A stretch of 64,000 nucleotides of DNA from a bacterium (GCA_030648005.1 JAUSIP010000001.1:6662-70661), one strand, 5' to 3'. Positions 9,813-20,047 are shown, counted from the stretch's first letter. Numbers and translations are program-made. Notes: generated from the letters alone by a model not told the origin.

Positions 9813-10415
9813 CTAACCTTCATGTTCAGCCGGGATGGCATCGAGATCGTCGCCGTTCATGTTCGGCTTCGGCGGAATGGGGTACTTGCCAATCGAGAGT
9901 TCAGTATCCGTAATCGCCGACACGGGCTCGGCTTGGACTCCCGATGAAGGGGGTAGCGCGTACTTCTTGACGTAGAAGATCTGTTCGCCGGGGGTGTACT
10001 CATACTTGTCGAGCATGACCACCATCGGTTTCTCCTCGAAGACGACCCGATGATCGATATCCAACTCGTGGAGATTGGGACTGATCTCTCGCATCAAGGT
10101 CGAGATAACCTGACGCACCGGAATGTCCAGGCCGAACTCCTTCCAAATACGGCCGCCATCCGCCTTGACCACCCACTCCTTGAGGTTCAAGTAGTTGGCA
10201 CCGCGTTCGACCTGCTTCCACATGACGCGGAAGTAGTCGCCGGACCGCTGGAGCATCAAGTAGACGAAGTCCGACCGGAAGTCATGGTGACCTTGGAACT
10301 TCCGCACCCTGACCTCCAGACACATGACGGCCACCTTCTTGTCATCGGAGCCAGGTGGGACCATGTACTCGACCAGCGATGCAAGAGCCGAGGGCAGATC
10401 AATAGATGGTCTCAT
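9813..10415 (-). CDS. hypothetical protein, compositionally foreign (GC-rich)
   Basis: 200-aa ORF, visibly GC-richer than its flanks, with its own terminator, inserted between pth and lepB; no family recognised. Confidence 0.55.
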   Translation of the reverse strand: MRPSIDLPSALASLVEYMVPPGSDDKKVAVMCLEVRVRKFQGHHDFRSDFVYLMLQRSGDYFRVMWKQVERGANYLNLKEWVVKADGGRIWKEFGLDIPVRQVISTLMREISPNLHELDIDHRVVFEEKPMVVMLDKYEYTPGEQIFYVKKYALPPSSGVQAEPVSAITDTELSIGKYPIPPKPNMNGDDLDAIPAEHEG

Positions 10416-10581
10416 TGTCTTCTTCTCCTTCTCTACGCCTATTCTAGCGTAAGTTGGTTATTGTCTAGGAGCACACTTCTACCTACAAGTATAGCATATA
10501 TGAGATATTTGTCAATGGCCAGAAATCCGCCCAAATATCCCCTATTTGCATATAATCGATTTTTGTAGTAAAATAGGCGGA

Positions 10582-11214
10582 ATGAATGAAGAAAATATAG
10601 TAAATAGCCATGAGAATAAGGATGGAATTAGTCCGATGCCAGAAATAGAAGAGGAGGTATCTTGGGGTACTTTTATCAAAGATATCATCAAGTTCACCCT
10701 ACTCTCTTTGATAGTGGTCGTGCCAATACGAGTCTTCATCGCCCAGCCTTTTCTCGTAAGCGGAAGCTCTATGAAGCCAACTTTCCATGATGGCGAGTAT
10801 CTGATTGTGGACGAAGTCTCCTACTATCTCAGTAAACCAGCAAGAGGTGATGTGGTTGTTTTCAGATATCCCTATGATCGCTCCAAATATTTCATCAAGA
10901 GAATAATCGGCCTTCCAGATGAGACAGTAGAGATAGATCAGAGCAAAATATTCATAAAAAATAAAGAAAATCCGGAGGGGTTCCTTCTTAACGAATCATA
11001 TGTAACCGACAAGAACTGGGGCACCAGAAAGTCGAGCATGACACTCTCCAATAAAGAATATTTTGTCATGGGCGACAACAGAAACGCGAGTTCAGATTCT
11101 AGAGAGTGGGGAGCACTGGCAGACGAGTTCATCACCGGACATGTTAAATTAAGACTTCTGCCAATCACAAAAGTAGAAGTATCACCGGGAGCAGTAGAGA
11201 AGTTTACCAATTAA
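10582..11214 (+). CDS. lepB: signal peptidase I
   Basis: SGSSMKPTF...GDNRNASSDSREWG; start at ATG 10582 (RBS AGGCGGA); an upstream ATG at 10546 is possible. Confidence 0.88.
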   Translation: MNEENIVNSHENKDGISPMPEIEEEVSWGTFIKDIIKFTLLSLIVVVPIRVFIAQPFLVSGSSMKPTFHDGEYLIVDEVSYYLSKPARGDVVVFRYPYDRSKYFIKRIIGLPDETVEIDQSKIFIKNKENPEGFLLNESYVTDKNWGTRKSSMTLSNKEYFVMGDNRNASSDSREWGALADEFITGHVKLRLLPITKVEVSPGAVEKFTN

Positions 11215-11236
11215 TTAACCCTGTTTCTTACACATC

Positions 11237-12622
11237 ATGGCAACAACAAAAAAAGAAAATTCAAAAATGGAGCCGCCACGAGCGCCGAAGGGTATGCGCG
11301 ATCTTTTAACACGCGACTACTACTTCTTCCAGGGCTTCTATGAGAAAGCCGCTGAAGTCGCCATCTACTTCGGATTCAAGCCGATAGAGACGCCTTTGGT
11401 TGAAGAGACACGGCTCTATACGGCAGGTGTTGGTGAGGGTACAGATATAGTCGAGAAAGAGATGTACAGGGTAAAGAGTAAGGGGAGCTCAGAACTTAGT
11501 CTTCGTCCGGAAGGCACAGCAGGAGTGGTTAGGGCATATATTGAGAATGGTATGCAATCTATGCCTCAACCGGTCATGCTCTACTACTATGGTACTTTCT
11601 ATCGACATGAGCGTCCGCAAAAAGGGCGATGGAGAGAGCTTAGACAGTTCGGACTTGAGATATTAGGGAGCGAGAAGTCTATAGCTGATGCGACGATCAT
11701 CAAGGTCACAATGTCTATCCTTGAAGATGCCGGGTACAAAAACCTCCTGCTTTCCATCAACAGCATCGGTGACAAAGCCTGCCGAAATTCGTACAAAAAA
11801 GAACTGACCAACTATTATAAGAAACATGCGAACGCGACCTGCAAAGACTGCAAGATTCGAATAAAGAATAATCCTCTACGTCTACTCGACTGCAAAGATG
11901 AGAAGTGCAAACCAATAAAGGAAGCTGCCCCACAATCCGTCAGTTTCTTGTGTGACCCATGCAAACAGCATTTCAAGGAAGTGCTGGAGTATTTGGAGAC
12001 ACTTAAAATTGAATATACGATTGATAGCAATTTAGTAAGAGGTCTAGATTATTACACTAGGACCGTTTTTGAGGTAAGCACGAAGGCTACTCCAAGCCCA
12101 AGAGAAGATGTTGTGGCTGGGGTGGTTGCTGGAGAAAAAACAGAGAAAGAAGGAGATGTGGAAGCTGTTAAGATCGAACCAGTATCTCTAGCCTTAGCTG
12201 GAGGGGGAAGATATGATTACCTAGCCAAAACACTTGGAAGCAAGAAGGATGTCCCAGGAGTCGGAGTCGGTATCGGTGCAGATAGAGTAGTCATGTCCCC
12301 GGAATTCAATCAGGAGCTCGCTCCGCGAATATTAAAGAAGCCTAAGATGTTTTTCATTCAGCTCGGCTTCTCTGCTAAACTTCAGAGTCTATCGATCATA
12401 GATATTTTGAGAAAAGCAAAGATACCCGTTCTTCAATCTCTCTCCAAAGACAGCCTATCTTCCCAACTGGGTGTTGCCGAGAAGATGAAGATCCCATATA
12501 CGATCATAATGGGACAGAAAGAGGTGATAGACGGCACGGTGATCATCCGCGATATGGACAGCCGATCACAAGACGAGATCAAGGTCGACAAACTAGCAGA
12601 ATACATAAAGAAGTTGAAATAA
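11237..12622 (+). CDS. hisS: histidyl-tRNA synthetase with Cys-rich insertion
   Basis: GMRDLL, LRPEGTAGVVRAY, class II motifs; inserted CKDCK...CKDEKCK...CDPCK cluster. Confidence 0.9.
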   Translation: MATTKKENSKMEPPRAPKGMRDLLTRDYYFFQGFYEKAAEVAIYFGFKPIETPLVEETRLYTAGVGEGTDIVEKEMYRVKSKGSSELSLRPEGTAGVVRAYIENGMQSMPQPVMLYYYGTFYRHERPQKGRWRELRQFGLEILGSEKSIADATIIKVTMSILEDAGYKNLLLSINSIGDKACRNSYKKELTNYYKKHANATCKDCKIRIKNNPLRLLDCKDEKCKPIKEAAPQSVSFLCDPCKQHFKEVLEYLETLKIEYTIDSNLVRGLDYYTRTVFEVSTKATPSPREDVVAGVVAGEKTEKEGDVEAVKIEPVSLALAGGGRYDYLAKTLGSKKDVPGVGVGIGADRVVMSPEFNQELAPRILKKPKMFFIQLGFSAKLQSLSIIDILRKAKIPVLQSLSKDSLSSQLGVAEKMKIPYTIIMGQKEVIDGTVIIRDMDSRSQDEIKVDKLAEYIKKLK

Positions 12623-12651
12623 TAACCGTCTTATGGTATCCTAAGAAACCA

Positions 12652-12894
12652 ATGATACAAGTAGAAGTAACAAAAAATAATAACGAGACCTCTTCAAGTA
12701 TAATCAGAAGATTTACCAAGAGAGTCCAGGAGTCGGGCATTATAAGGCGCGCCAAGTCCTTACGCTATAACGAAAGGGCGAAGTCCAGCTACGTCAAGAA
12801 GAAGAAGACACTCAAGCGACTCGCCAAGAGAAGCGAGACAGCCCGACTAAGAAGGCTCGGCAAGATAGAGGATGCTCCAACATATCGAAAATAA
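12652..12894 (+). CDS. rpsU: ribosomal protein S21
   Basis: IRRFTKRVQESGIIRRAK...RYNERAKS, basic C-terminus. Confidence 0.85.
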   Translation: MIQVEVTKNNNETSSSIIRRFTKRVQESGIIRRAKSLRYNERAKSSYVKKKKTLKRLAKRSETARLRRLGKIEDAPTYRK

Positions 12895-13273
12895 AACCAA
12901 AGAGAAGATCCCGCCAATTCCGTTCGCGGATATTGCAGGGTATACTATGAACCAAGGCTATGAACTTAGCCTTGGTTTCGTTAGTAATGCCACCTCAAAA
13001 AGATTAAACAACACCTATCGGCAGAAGAATAAACCAACGAATATTTTAAGCTTTCCTCTATCAAAAACAGAAGGAGAAATTCTAATAGCTATCAAGGTGG
13101 TGCAGAAAGAGGCGAAGGAACTTGGAGAAGAGTTGTCTGCTTATCTCGCATATATATTTATCCACGGTTTAGCGCATTTGGAAGGATTGGATCATGGTAG
13201 TAGAATGGAAGAAGAGGAGAAAAAAATAAGGTACAAATTTAGGGACATTTTCAAATCCTCCAATTTACTATAA
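12872..13273 (+). CDS. ybeY: rRNA maturation endoribonuclease YbeY
   Basis: HGLAHLEGLDH metal-binding motif. Confidence 0.85.
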   Translation: MLQHIENKTKEKIPPIPFADIAGYTMNQGYELSLGFVSNATSKRLNNTYRQKNKPTNILSFPLSKTEGEILIAIKVVQKEAKELGEELSAYLAYIFIHGLAHLEGLDHGSRMEEEEKKIRYKFRDIFKSSNLL

Positions 13274-14467
13274 GTGAGGAATAAAATAATAACAGGCATA
13301 GACATCGGATCATCTTCGATAAGGATCGTTGTTTCAGAAATTACTCAGGGGGAATCAACTCCACGGATTTTGTCTATGACAAATTCAAAATCGCGTGGAC
13401 TTCGGCATGGATATATTATAGATATGGAAGAGGCTGCAGAGTCTCTCAAAGATGCAGTGGTTGAAGCAGAGAGGATATCAGGCAAAAAAATAGAAGATGC
13501 GTATCTTGCCATAGGCGGAATAAGTCTTGAATCTATCATAGGCGAAGGCTCGATAGCTGTCTCCAAAGCCGACCTTGAGATAGGCGAAGCGGACATAAAA
13601 CGCGTACTAGAGACCAGCGAATCAAACCTAAAGAAGATAGCTAACCGCCAGATCATTCAATCTATTCCCATTCAATATAAACTAGATGGTAAGAAAATCC
13701 TTGGTCGACCCCATGGTATGAAGGGAGAGATCCTGGAGGTCAAAGTGCTCTATATCACCTGTCTTGAGCAACACTTGAACGATCTGATCAGCATCGTGGA
13801 GGGGGTGGGAATCTCAATAGAGAATATTGTACCCTCTCCTATTGCCGCAAGCTACGCAATATTATCTAAGGTGCAGAAGACGGCGGGCTGTATTCTAACG
13901 GACATCGGAGCAGAGACCGTTACTATCGCGGTCTTTGAAGAAGGGATTCTAACATCGCTGAAAGTTTTTCCAGTCGGTTCTGTAGACATCACGAATGACA
14001 TCGCTCTTGTGTTGAAGATCTCTATGGAGGAGGCAGAAAATTGTAAAACAGGCAAAGATAATAAAAATTACAACAGAAAAAGATTGGAAGAGATCATTGA
14101 GGCCCGACTCTCCGATATTTTTGATCTTATTGAAGCTCATCTAAAGAAGATCGGGAGGAACTCTCTTCTGCCGGCTGGCATCATTCTGGTTGGTGGTGGC
14201 TCAAACCTAAATATTGTAGAGCCCTTAGCTAAGGAGTACCTCAATCTGCCCGCCAGGATCGCTCCGCTATCGATCATGTCAAGTATCCCCATAAATGAAA
14301 ATAAGGAATCGCAGGTAGTTAGAAGAAGTGTCGATTCATCTTGGGCAGTCGCTTATGGACTCTGCACACTAGGGGAAAATAATGAGTCCCAAGAGAGCTC
14401 CCCTAGCCGTTTCGCAAAACAAACAAAAAACAACTTAATAAAGTGGTTGCGTCAATTCTTGCCATAA
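13274..14467 (+). CDS. ftsA: cell division protein FtsA
   Basis: Actin-like ATPase fold, ITGIDIGSSSIRIVV; directly upstream of ftsZ. Confidence 0.88.
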   Translation: MRNKIITGIDIGSSSIRIVVSEITQGESTPRILSMTNSKSRGLRHGYIIDMEEAAESLKDAVVEAERISGKKIEDAYLAIGGISLESIIGEGSIAVSKADLEIGEADIKRVLETSESNLKKIANRQIIQSIPIQYKLDGKKILGRPHGMKGEILEVKVLYITCLEQHLNDLISIVEGVGISIENIVPSPIAASYAILSKVQKTAGCILTDIGAETVTIAVFEEGILTSLKVFPVGSVDITNDIALVLKISMEEAENCKTGKDNKNYNRKRLEEIIEARLSDIFDLIEAHLKKIGRNSLLPAGIILVGGGSNLNIVEPLAKEYLNLPARIAPLSIMSSIPINENKESQVVRRSVDSSWAVAYGLCTLGENNESQESSPSRFAKQTKNNLIKWLRQFLP

Positions 14468-14495
14468 TCTCCTCATCTGATAGTATGGCTTTAAC

Positions 14496-15671
14496 ATGCC
14501 AAAAGTTAATCCAGAAATTGAAGCCTTCGCAAGAATAAAAGTTATCGGCGTCGGAGGATCGGGTGGTAACGCTATCAATCACATGATCGACTCCAAGATT
14601 GTCGGAGTTGAATTCGTGGCCATGAACACAGACACTCAGGATCTGCACAAATCTCTTGCTGAGAAGAAGATCCATATTGGTAAAAACTTAACCAAAGGAC
14701 GAGGGGCCGGTATGAATCCCGAGGTTGGGCAGCGAGCCGCCGAAGAGACGATTGAAGAGATACAAGGAATAACCAAGGGGGCCGATATGGTCTTCATAGT
14801 TTGCGGTATGGGTGGAGGTACGGGCACCGGCGCAGCACCAACCATTGCCAAGACTGCTAAAGAGCAAGGTGCTTTGACCATTGGAGTAGTCACTAAGCCC
14901 TTCTTCTTCGAGGGCGCTCAAAGAATGCGGCTAGCCAACGACGGCATAATGAACCTCAGGAATGAAGTTGACGCGATGATCGTCATACCAAACGATAGAC
15001 TTCTTGGGGTCATCGACAAAAGTACGACATTCCTCTCCGCATTTGCAATGTGCAACGAAGTATTGAGGCAGGCAGTAGAGGGTATCTCTAATCTAATAAC
15101 AATTCCTGGTATCATCAACGTCGACTTCGCAGACATTAGGACCATCATGCAGAACACAGGCTCAGCCCTTATGGGTATAGGTTCCGCTTCGGGCGAGAAT
15201 CGCGCCGAAGAAGCAGCTAGAGCAGCGATAAACTCCCCCCTCCTTGATCTTTCTATTCAGGGCGCAAAAGGTGTCCTATTTGCCGTATCCGGCGGGGATG
15301 ACATGACTATGTTTGAAATCCAGGAAGCAGCTAAGGTTATCACTGAGTCGATCGATCCAGACGCACGAGTCATCTTCGGCGCAATCAAGGATCCAAATCT
15401 CAAGAAAGACGAACTGAAGGTTACAGTTATCGCAACAGGATTCGCCAACGAAACCTTTGGCAAGAGTGATGAGATGATCAGGAGGCCAAAAATAAACGAG
15501 GTGAGCGAACCGGTGGCAAAGTCCTTCGTCCAAGAATTAAAGAATACATTTAAAAAAGAAGAGCGAATAGAAAACATTTCTAACATTTCGGACATGAACA
15601 TAGGCATGGACAAATCTGAAGATGAGAACTGGTCTTCAGTGCCGGCCTTCCTTCGTCGCGCCAAGAAATAA
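14496..15671 (+). CDS. ftsZ: cell division GTPase FtsZ
   Basis: [13 protein letters not shown] and the tubulin signature [16 protein letters not shown]. Confidence 0.95.
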   Translation: MPKVNPEIEAFARIKVIGVGGSGGNAINHMIDSKIVGVEFVAMNTDTQDLHKSLAEKKIHIGKNLTKGRGAGMNPEVGQRAAEETIEEIQGITKGADMVFIVCGMGGGTGTGAAPTIAKTAKEQGALTIGVVTKPFFFEGAQRMRLANDGIMNLRNEVDAMIVIPNDRLLGVIDKSTTFLSAFAMCNEVLRQAVEGISNLITIPGIINVDFADIRTIMQNTGSALMGIGSASGENRAEEAARAAINSPLLDLSIQGAKGVLFAVSGGDDMTMFEIQEAAKVITESIDPDARVIFGAIKDPNLKKDELKVTVIATGFANETFGKSDEMIRRPKINEVSEPVAKSFVQELKNTFKKEERIENISNISDMNIGMDKSEDENWSSVPAFLRRAKK

Positions 15672-15681
15672 AAAACTCAAA

Positions 15682-15780
15682 TTTAGCGCATGACTTTGTC
15701 GAGAACTCCGTTTATTTCTCACAGTACCGACTAAGTACAGTTTCAAAATAATACTCGTTCTCTCCTCGTCCTGCATCTAA
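15682..15780 (-). repeat. conserved ~100-nt 3'-UTR repeat element, copy A (sense strand minus, 3' of the dehydrogenase gene)
   Basis: Plus-strand TTAGCGCATGACTTTGTCGAG...CAGTACCGACTAAGTACAG...CTGCATCTAA aligns with the copies at 17826 and 33706. Confidence 0.75.
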
Positions 15781-15804
15781 ATTTGAGATTTTTATAGACT
15801 ATCG

Positions 15805-17094
15805 TTACTGCCCGATACCTTCATAGTGAAAGCCCAGTGCTTCGGCTTCGGCTTTTTTGTATATATTTCTGGCATCTACAATATTGGCACGGCCGATATT
15901 TTTCTTTATCTGTAGAAGTGTGATCTCCCTAAACTGCTTCCACTCGGTCATGATAACCAAACAATCCGCATCCTTTAACATACCTAGGGAATTATTACTG
16001 AATGTTATTTGTGGAAAAAGCTGTCTACCATTCGCTTCAGCCACCGGATCAAAACAGACCACCTCGGCGCCTGCACTCAGAAGATCCTCGACAAGCCTAA
16101 CTGCCGGAGATTCGCGAAGATCATCCGTCTCCGGCTTGAAGGCAAGTCCCCAAACCGCCACCTTCTTGCCATGTAAACCCTTCACCAGTCCCACAACCTT
16201 AGCTAAAACTCGATCACCTTGTCTTTTATTTATCTCTTCAGTTACATTCAGCAGAGGTAGTTCTGTGTCATACTTCCTCGCTGTGCTGATGAGGCCCTTA
16301 ACATCCTTAGGAAAGCACGATCCACCATATCCGGGGCCGGCATTCAAGAATGCGCGCTTGCCAATCCTCTGATCAAGCTTCATACCGAGTGCCACTTCAT
16401 CAACATTAGCTCCTATCTTCTCACAGAGTTCTGAGAGACTGTTAATGAACGATATGGAGACAGCAAGATAAGCGTTGGAGGCATACTTGATCATCTCGGC
16501 TGTTCTGACATCAGTGAAGAGTATCTCGGTTTTTATAAGTGAATACAGCTCCTGCATTATCTTCTTGGCACGGCCTAGTGGTACTCCGATAACAACTCTG
16601 TCTGGCTTCAAAAAATCAGATATCGCCTGGCCTTCACGCAGAAACTCGGGGTTTGAGACCACGTCGAATTTTACTTTCGCATGTTTCTCTAAGATCTTGG
16701 CAACTCTCTCCCCTGTCCCAACAGGGACCGTAGACTTATTTATAACAACAGCATACTTACGCATATTTCTTCCGATCTCTTCAGCCGCACGCTCAATATA
16801 TTTTGTCTCCACAGTCCCATCTTTTTTAGAAGGAGTGCCGACCGCTATAAAAATAACATCCGCATGTGCTATACCCTCCTCTGTATTATTGAAAAATTTT
16901 ATCCGTCCCTTCTTTATATTTTTAACAAGCAACGTCTCTATTCCCGGTTCGTATATCGGCGAGATCCCCTTCTTCAAATCCTCTATCTTCTGCTTATCTA
17001 TATCAACACAAGATACTTCATAACCCAGTTCAGCAAAGCATACCCCAGTCACCAAACCCACATACCCTGTACCCATTACACTAATTCTCTTCAT
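15805..17094 (-). CDS. UDP-glucose/GDP-mannose 6-dehydrogenase family enzyme
   Basis: MKRISVMGTGYVGLVTGVCFAELG Rossmann N-terminus; length and family pattern. Confidence 0.85.
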   Translation of the reverse strand: MKRISVMGTGYVGLVTGVCFAELGYEVSCVDIDKQKIEDLKKGISPIYEPGIETLLVKNIKKGRIKFFNNTEEGIAHADVIFIAVGTPSKKDGTVETKYIERAAEEIGRNMRKYAVVINKSTVPVGTGERVAKILEKHAKVKFDVVSNPEFLREGQAISDFLKPDRVVIGVPLGRAKKIMQELYSLIKTEILFTDVRTAEMIKYASNAYLAVSISFINSLSELCEKIGANVDEVALGMKLDQRIGKRAFLNAGPGYGGSCFPKDVKGLISTARKYDTELPLLNVTEEINKRQGDRVLAKVVGLVKGLHGKKVAVWGLAFKPETDDLRESPAVRLVEDLLSAGAEVVCFDPVAEANGRQLFPQITFSNNSLGMLKDADCLVIMTEWKQFREITLLQIKKNIGRANIVDARNIYKKAEAEALGFHYEGIGQ

Positions 17095-17173
17095 ATCAAA
17101 ATTATAACAAAGGTTAAATCATTTTGGTTATAAAAAAATCCCCCCGCCATAGCGAGGGGCACTTCGTCAAATA

Positions 17174-17650
17174 TTATTTGAGTAAAATTCTTTCAAGATC
17201 AGGCTTCCAGCGGGTGAGGAACTCGGTGATGATGTGTCCGCCGTCGTCGCCAGCAGTGGCACCATAGTCGATGAATTGATATCCGCAACTTGTACGACGT
17301 ATATTGTGCCGATGGTACGAATGGAAGTCCACACCGAAGAGATATTGGTATGCATCTTCCGGCAAGCTTTTCAAGGTCGCCGCCCATTCTTCCTTGTCAG
17401 GCTCAACACCGTAGTTACGGCGAACGATACTGAAGAGTCCGAGGCTAAAATACACCGTAGCAAGGTAACCTGCTTTGTTCGCAAGCCAACACTTGTACTC
17501 ACTCCAATTTTGCTGCATTGCGGCGAAGACCAGATCTCGGACTGTTTTAAAATTTCGGCATTTGTAGAGGATCTTCTGCATGTTCGGGATCTTGATGACT
17601 AGGGGCCCAATCAGGATTGCCGCCCGAAAACTTCCATAGTGTATCTCCAT
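17174..17650 (-). CDS. hypothetical protein (moderately GC-rich)
   Basis: 158-aa ORF, terminator 17135..17170, no family recognised. Confidence 0.45.
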   Translation of the reverse strand: MEIHYGSFRAAILIGPLVIKIPNMQKILYKCRNFKTVRDLVFAAMQQNWSEYKCWLANKAGYLATVYFSLGLFSIVRRNYGVEPDKEEWAATLKSLPEDAYQYLFGVDFHSYHRHNIRRTSCGYQFIDYGATAGDDGGHIITEFLTRWKPDLERILLK

Positions 17651-17825
17651 GAATTTTCAACTCCTTATCTTCCATAAAAAGTATAACAAAAAAAGCCGAC
17701 TAAGTCAATAGCTGGCTTTTTCTTACGCCCCGAGCCGAGTTTTAAATCCTAACGTGCCAGTAAAGGTAAACTTTGTTGCACTGGTATTTTAAAACTCAGC
17801 TCGAAGCTCGAACTCGGACTATCCA

Positions 17826-17923
17826 CTTAGCGCATAACTTTGTCGAAAGCTCCATTTGCTTCTCAATGTACTGTTAGTACATCTTCGTCGCAAGATTCGC
17901 TTTCTTCGCGTTCTGCATCTAAG
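17826..17923 (-). repeat. conserved ~100-nt 3'-UTR repeat element, copy B (3' of the helicase gene)
   Basis: CTTAGCGCATAACTTTGTCGAAAGCTCC...TGTACTGTTAGTACA...GCGTTCTGCATCTAAG. Confidence 0.8.
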
Positions 17924-17941
17924 TGTCTAAGTCCTTTGTGT

Positions 17942-19180
17942 TTAGCGTCTGTATGTTTTGTACTGCGAAGCTGGGCGGCCTGAATTTGAGTGACTAGAAT
18001 TACTTCTTGCAAAACGATTGAATTTTGGTCGTTCAGGTCTGTCCACCTCATTGACTCCACTGACACTTATACGTTTTGGTGGTAGTACAGGATTTGGCTT
18101 CAGCGCCAAACTCTTCCTCATTAGTCTCTCTATCTCCTTCACATCATAACGCTGGCCATGCTCGGCGAAAGAGATCGCCTTACCCATCTTACCAGCTCGG
18201 CCTGTTCGGCCTATTCGGTGAACATAATCCTCCGGATTGTCGGGTAGATCGAAGTTTACAACCAGCTCGATATCTGAGACGTCGATACCTCGAGCAGCAA
18301 TATCTGTAGCCACAAGCACTCGATGCCTACCACTCTTGAATCCATCAAGCGCTGCCTTCCTCTGCGAGAGAGACTTGTTGGAGTGGATGTCAGCTGAAGT
18401 GTGCCCCATATCTTTGATCTTATGAGAGATCTTCTTTGCTCCATGCTTAGTTCGTGAGAAAACCAAGACGGTACCCTTATGATCAGAAAGCATTTTATCC
18501 AGTAGTTGGATCTTCTCGTCTTTTGATATCATGTACAGTTCTTGCGAAATTCTCTCAGTCGTACTACCGGCTTCAGCTATCTGCACAGTCGCAGGCGACT
18601 TCATGTAAGTATTAGCTATCGCTCTAATCTTCGGAGGCATAGTCGCGGAGAAGAGCAGAGTCTGATGTTCTTTTGGTACAGATGACAAAATCTTTTTTAT
18701 CTGGGGTTCGAATCCCATATCAAGCATTCTGTCAGCTTCATCTAATACTAATATCGCTACAGTTCCTAAATTAATAGTTTTGTGCTGTAAGTGATCATTC
18801 AGTCTTCCTGGTGTTGCGACGATCACATGAGGCTTCTGGCGGATCATTGAGAGTTGTCCGCCCATAGGTGCGCCTCCAACAAGAATAGCTGTGCGCAATC
18901 CAAGCGGGCTACCGATTCTTTTCAAAGTCTCCTCAACCTGCATGGCAAGCTCTCGGGTTGGTAAGACTATTAAGCCTGTAGCACCATTCTTCTTAGCCAG
19001 CAACTGGATCATTGGCAAACCGAAAGCCAGCGTCTTACCTGTACCTGTCTGGGCAATACCTATAACGTCCTTGCCTGTCAGGACAATAGGAATAGACTTC
19101 TCCTGAATAGGAGTCGGTTTTGTGAGGCCATTCTTCTCCAGAATAGCCAAAAGCAATGGTGATATACCTAGATTATTCAT
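17942..19180 (-). CDS. DEAD-box ATP-dependent RNA helicase
   Basis: Q-motif TPIQ, AQTGTGKT, DEAD, SAT. Confidence 0.92.
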   Translation of the reverse strand: MNNLGISPLLLAILEKNGLTKPTPIQEKSIPIVLTGKDVIGIAQTGTGKTLAFGLPMIQLLAKKNGATGLIVLPTRELAMQVEETLKRIGSPLGLRTAILVGGAPMGGQLSMIRQKPHVIVATPGRLNDHLQHKTINLGTVAILVLDEADRMLDMGFEPQIKKILSSVPKEHQTLLFSATMPPKIRAIANTYMKSPATVQIAEAGSTTERISQELYMISKDEKIQLLDKMLSDHKGTVLVFSRTKHGAKKISHKIKDMGHTSADIHSNKSLSQRKAALDGFKSGRHRVLVATDIAARGIDVSDIELVVNFDLPDNPEDYVHRIGRTGRAGKMGKAISFAEHGQRYDVKEIERLMRKSLALKPNPVLPPKRISVSGVNEVDRPERPKFNRFARSNSSHSNSGRPASQYKTYRR

Positions 19181-19336
19181 ATTTTTTCTATCTGACCCGA
19201 TATCTGTAATGGGTCAGTAGAATTGACACATAAGTTCGAGTCCTAATATTACCTGTAAGTATACACTATTGAGTTTATTTTGTCAAGCAAATAAAAACAG
19301 CCCCTATTTTAGGGGCTGGCAACGATTTCGGCGCAC

Positions 19337-19876
19337 TTACAGTTTTTTTTGAAGAAATTCCCTGAGCTTCTTCTCGTTGGTGATTGGTTCAACTCTAACA
19401 GTCTCCGGATAGATAGGATGACCCGCTTCGTCCTCCTCGTAATCCTTATGTCCATCAATATCTTCCTTACTCAAACCAGCCTGCATAAGAAACTCTTCAA
19501 TGCTCTCTTTGGTATAGCCAGACCATGGAAGATCGGAGTTAGCATACATCAACCTTCCGCACTTGAGGATATTTGAGTAAATAGCATCAGCGTTCTGAAG
19601 AACTCTCTGGCGCAAGATCTCGTGTTCAAGATTTTTGATCCTCTTGTTGTAAGTTGTCTTACCGGCATGCCTTTCGTTGTATTGCGCGATCTGATCATCT
19701 GTGAAGCATCGTTCTAGGAGTTCAGCGAGCTTCCTGACCGGATCCTTGATCAGCTTGAAGCCACGTCGCTCAACAACCTCGACATAAGCTTCCAGATCTG
19801 CCCATGCATCCACGAACCGCTCCTCGATCTCTTCTGTATCTTCCTGAGACAAAACTTCGACTTCTGATGTACTCAT
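19337..19876 (-). CDS. hypothetical acidic protein
   Basis: Start at the internal ATG 19876 with RBS GGAGGT; terminator hairpin 19297..19315; no family recognised. Confidence 0.5.
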   Translation of the reverse strand: MSTSEVEVLSQEDTEEIEERFVDAWADLEAYVEVVERRGFKLIKDPVRKLAELLERCFTDDQIAQYNERHAGKTTYNKRIKNLEHEILRQRVLQNADAIYSNILKCGRLMYANSDLPWSGYTKESIEEFLMQAGLSKEDIDGHKDYEEDEAGHPIYPETVRVEPITNEKKLREFLQKKL

Positions 19877-20011
19877 TTGGGACCTCCTCTTTATTGACAA
19901 ACGGCTCTTTTCCAATAGCAAGATAGCATTAAAAAGTCCGAGTGGCAACTATGTTCGAAGTCGGTCTTCGTGCATCTTAAACTACAAAATATAGCTTAGA
20001 ATTTTGGCAAT

Positions 20012-20047
20012 AAAAAAACCGGTTGCAAACAGAGTGTCTGCAACCGG
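20012..20047 (-). terminator. rho-independent terminator of the E2-E1-Ubl operon
   Basis: Perfect 9-bp stem CCGGTTGCA/TGCAACCGG followed by a T7 run on the minus strand, 23 nt after the Ubl stop. Confidence 0.8.

Noticed and set aside
19232-19245. AGTTCGAGTCC resembling a tRNA T-loop near the far end of the GC-rich island (possible attR)
   Set aside because: It matches the tRNA-Val T-loop, not tRNA-Ser. It is 11 nt only, with no flanking acceptor sequence, so it is probably chance.
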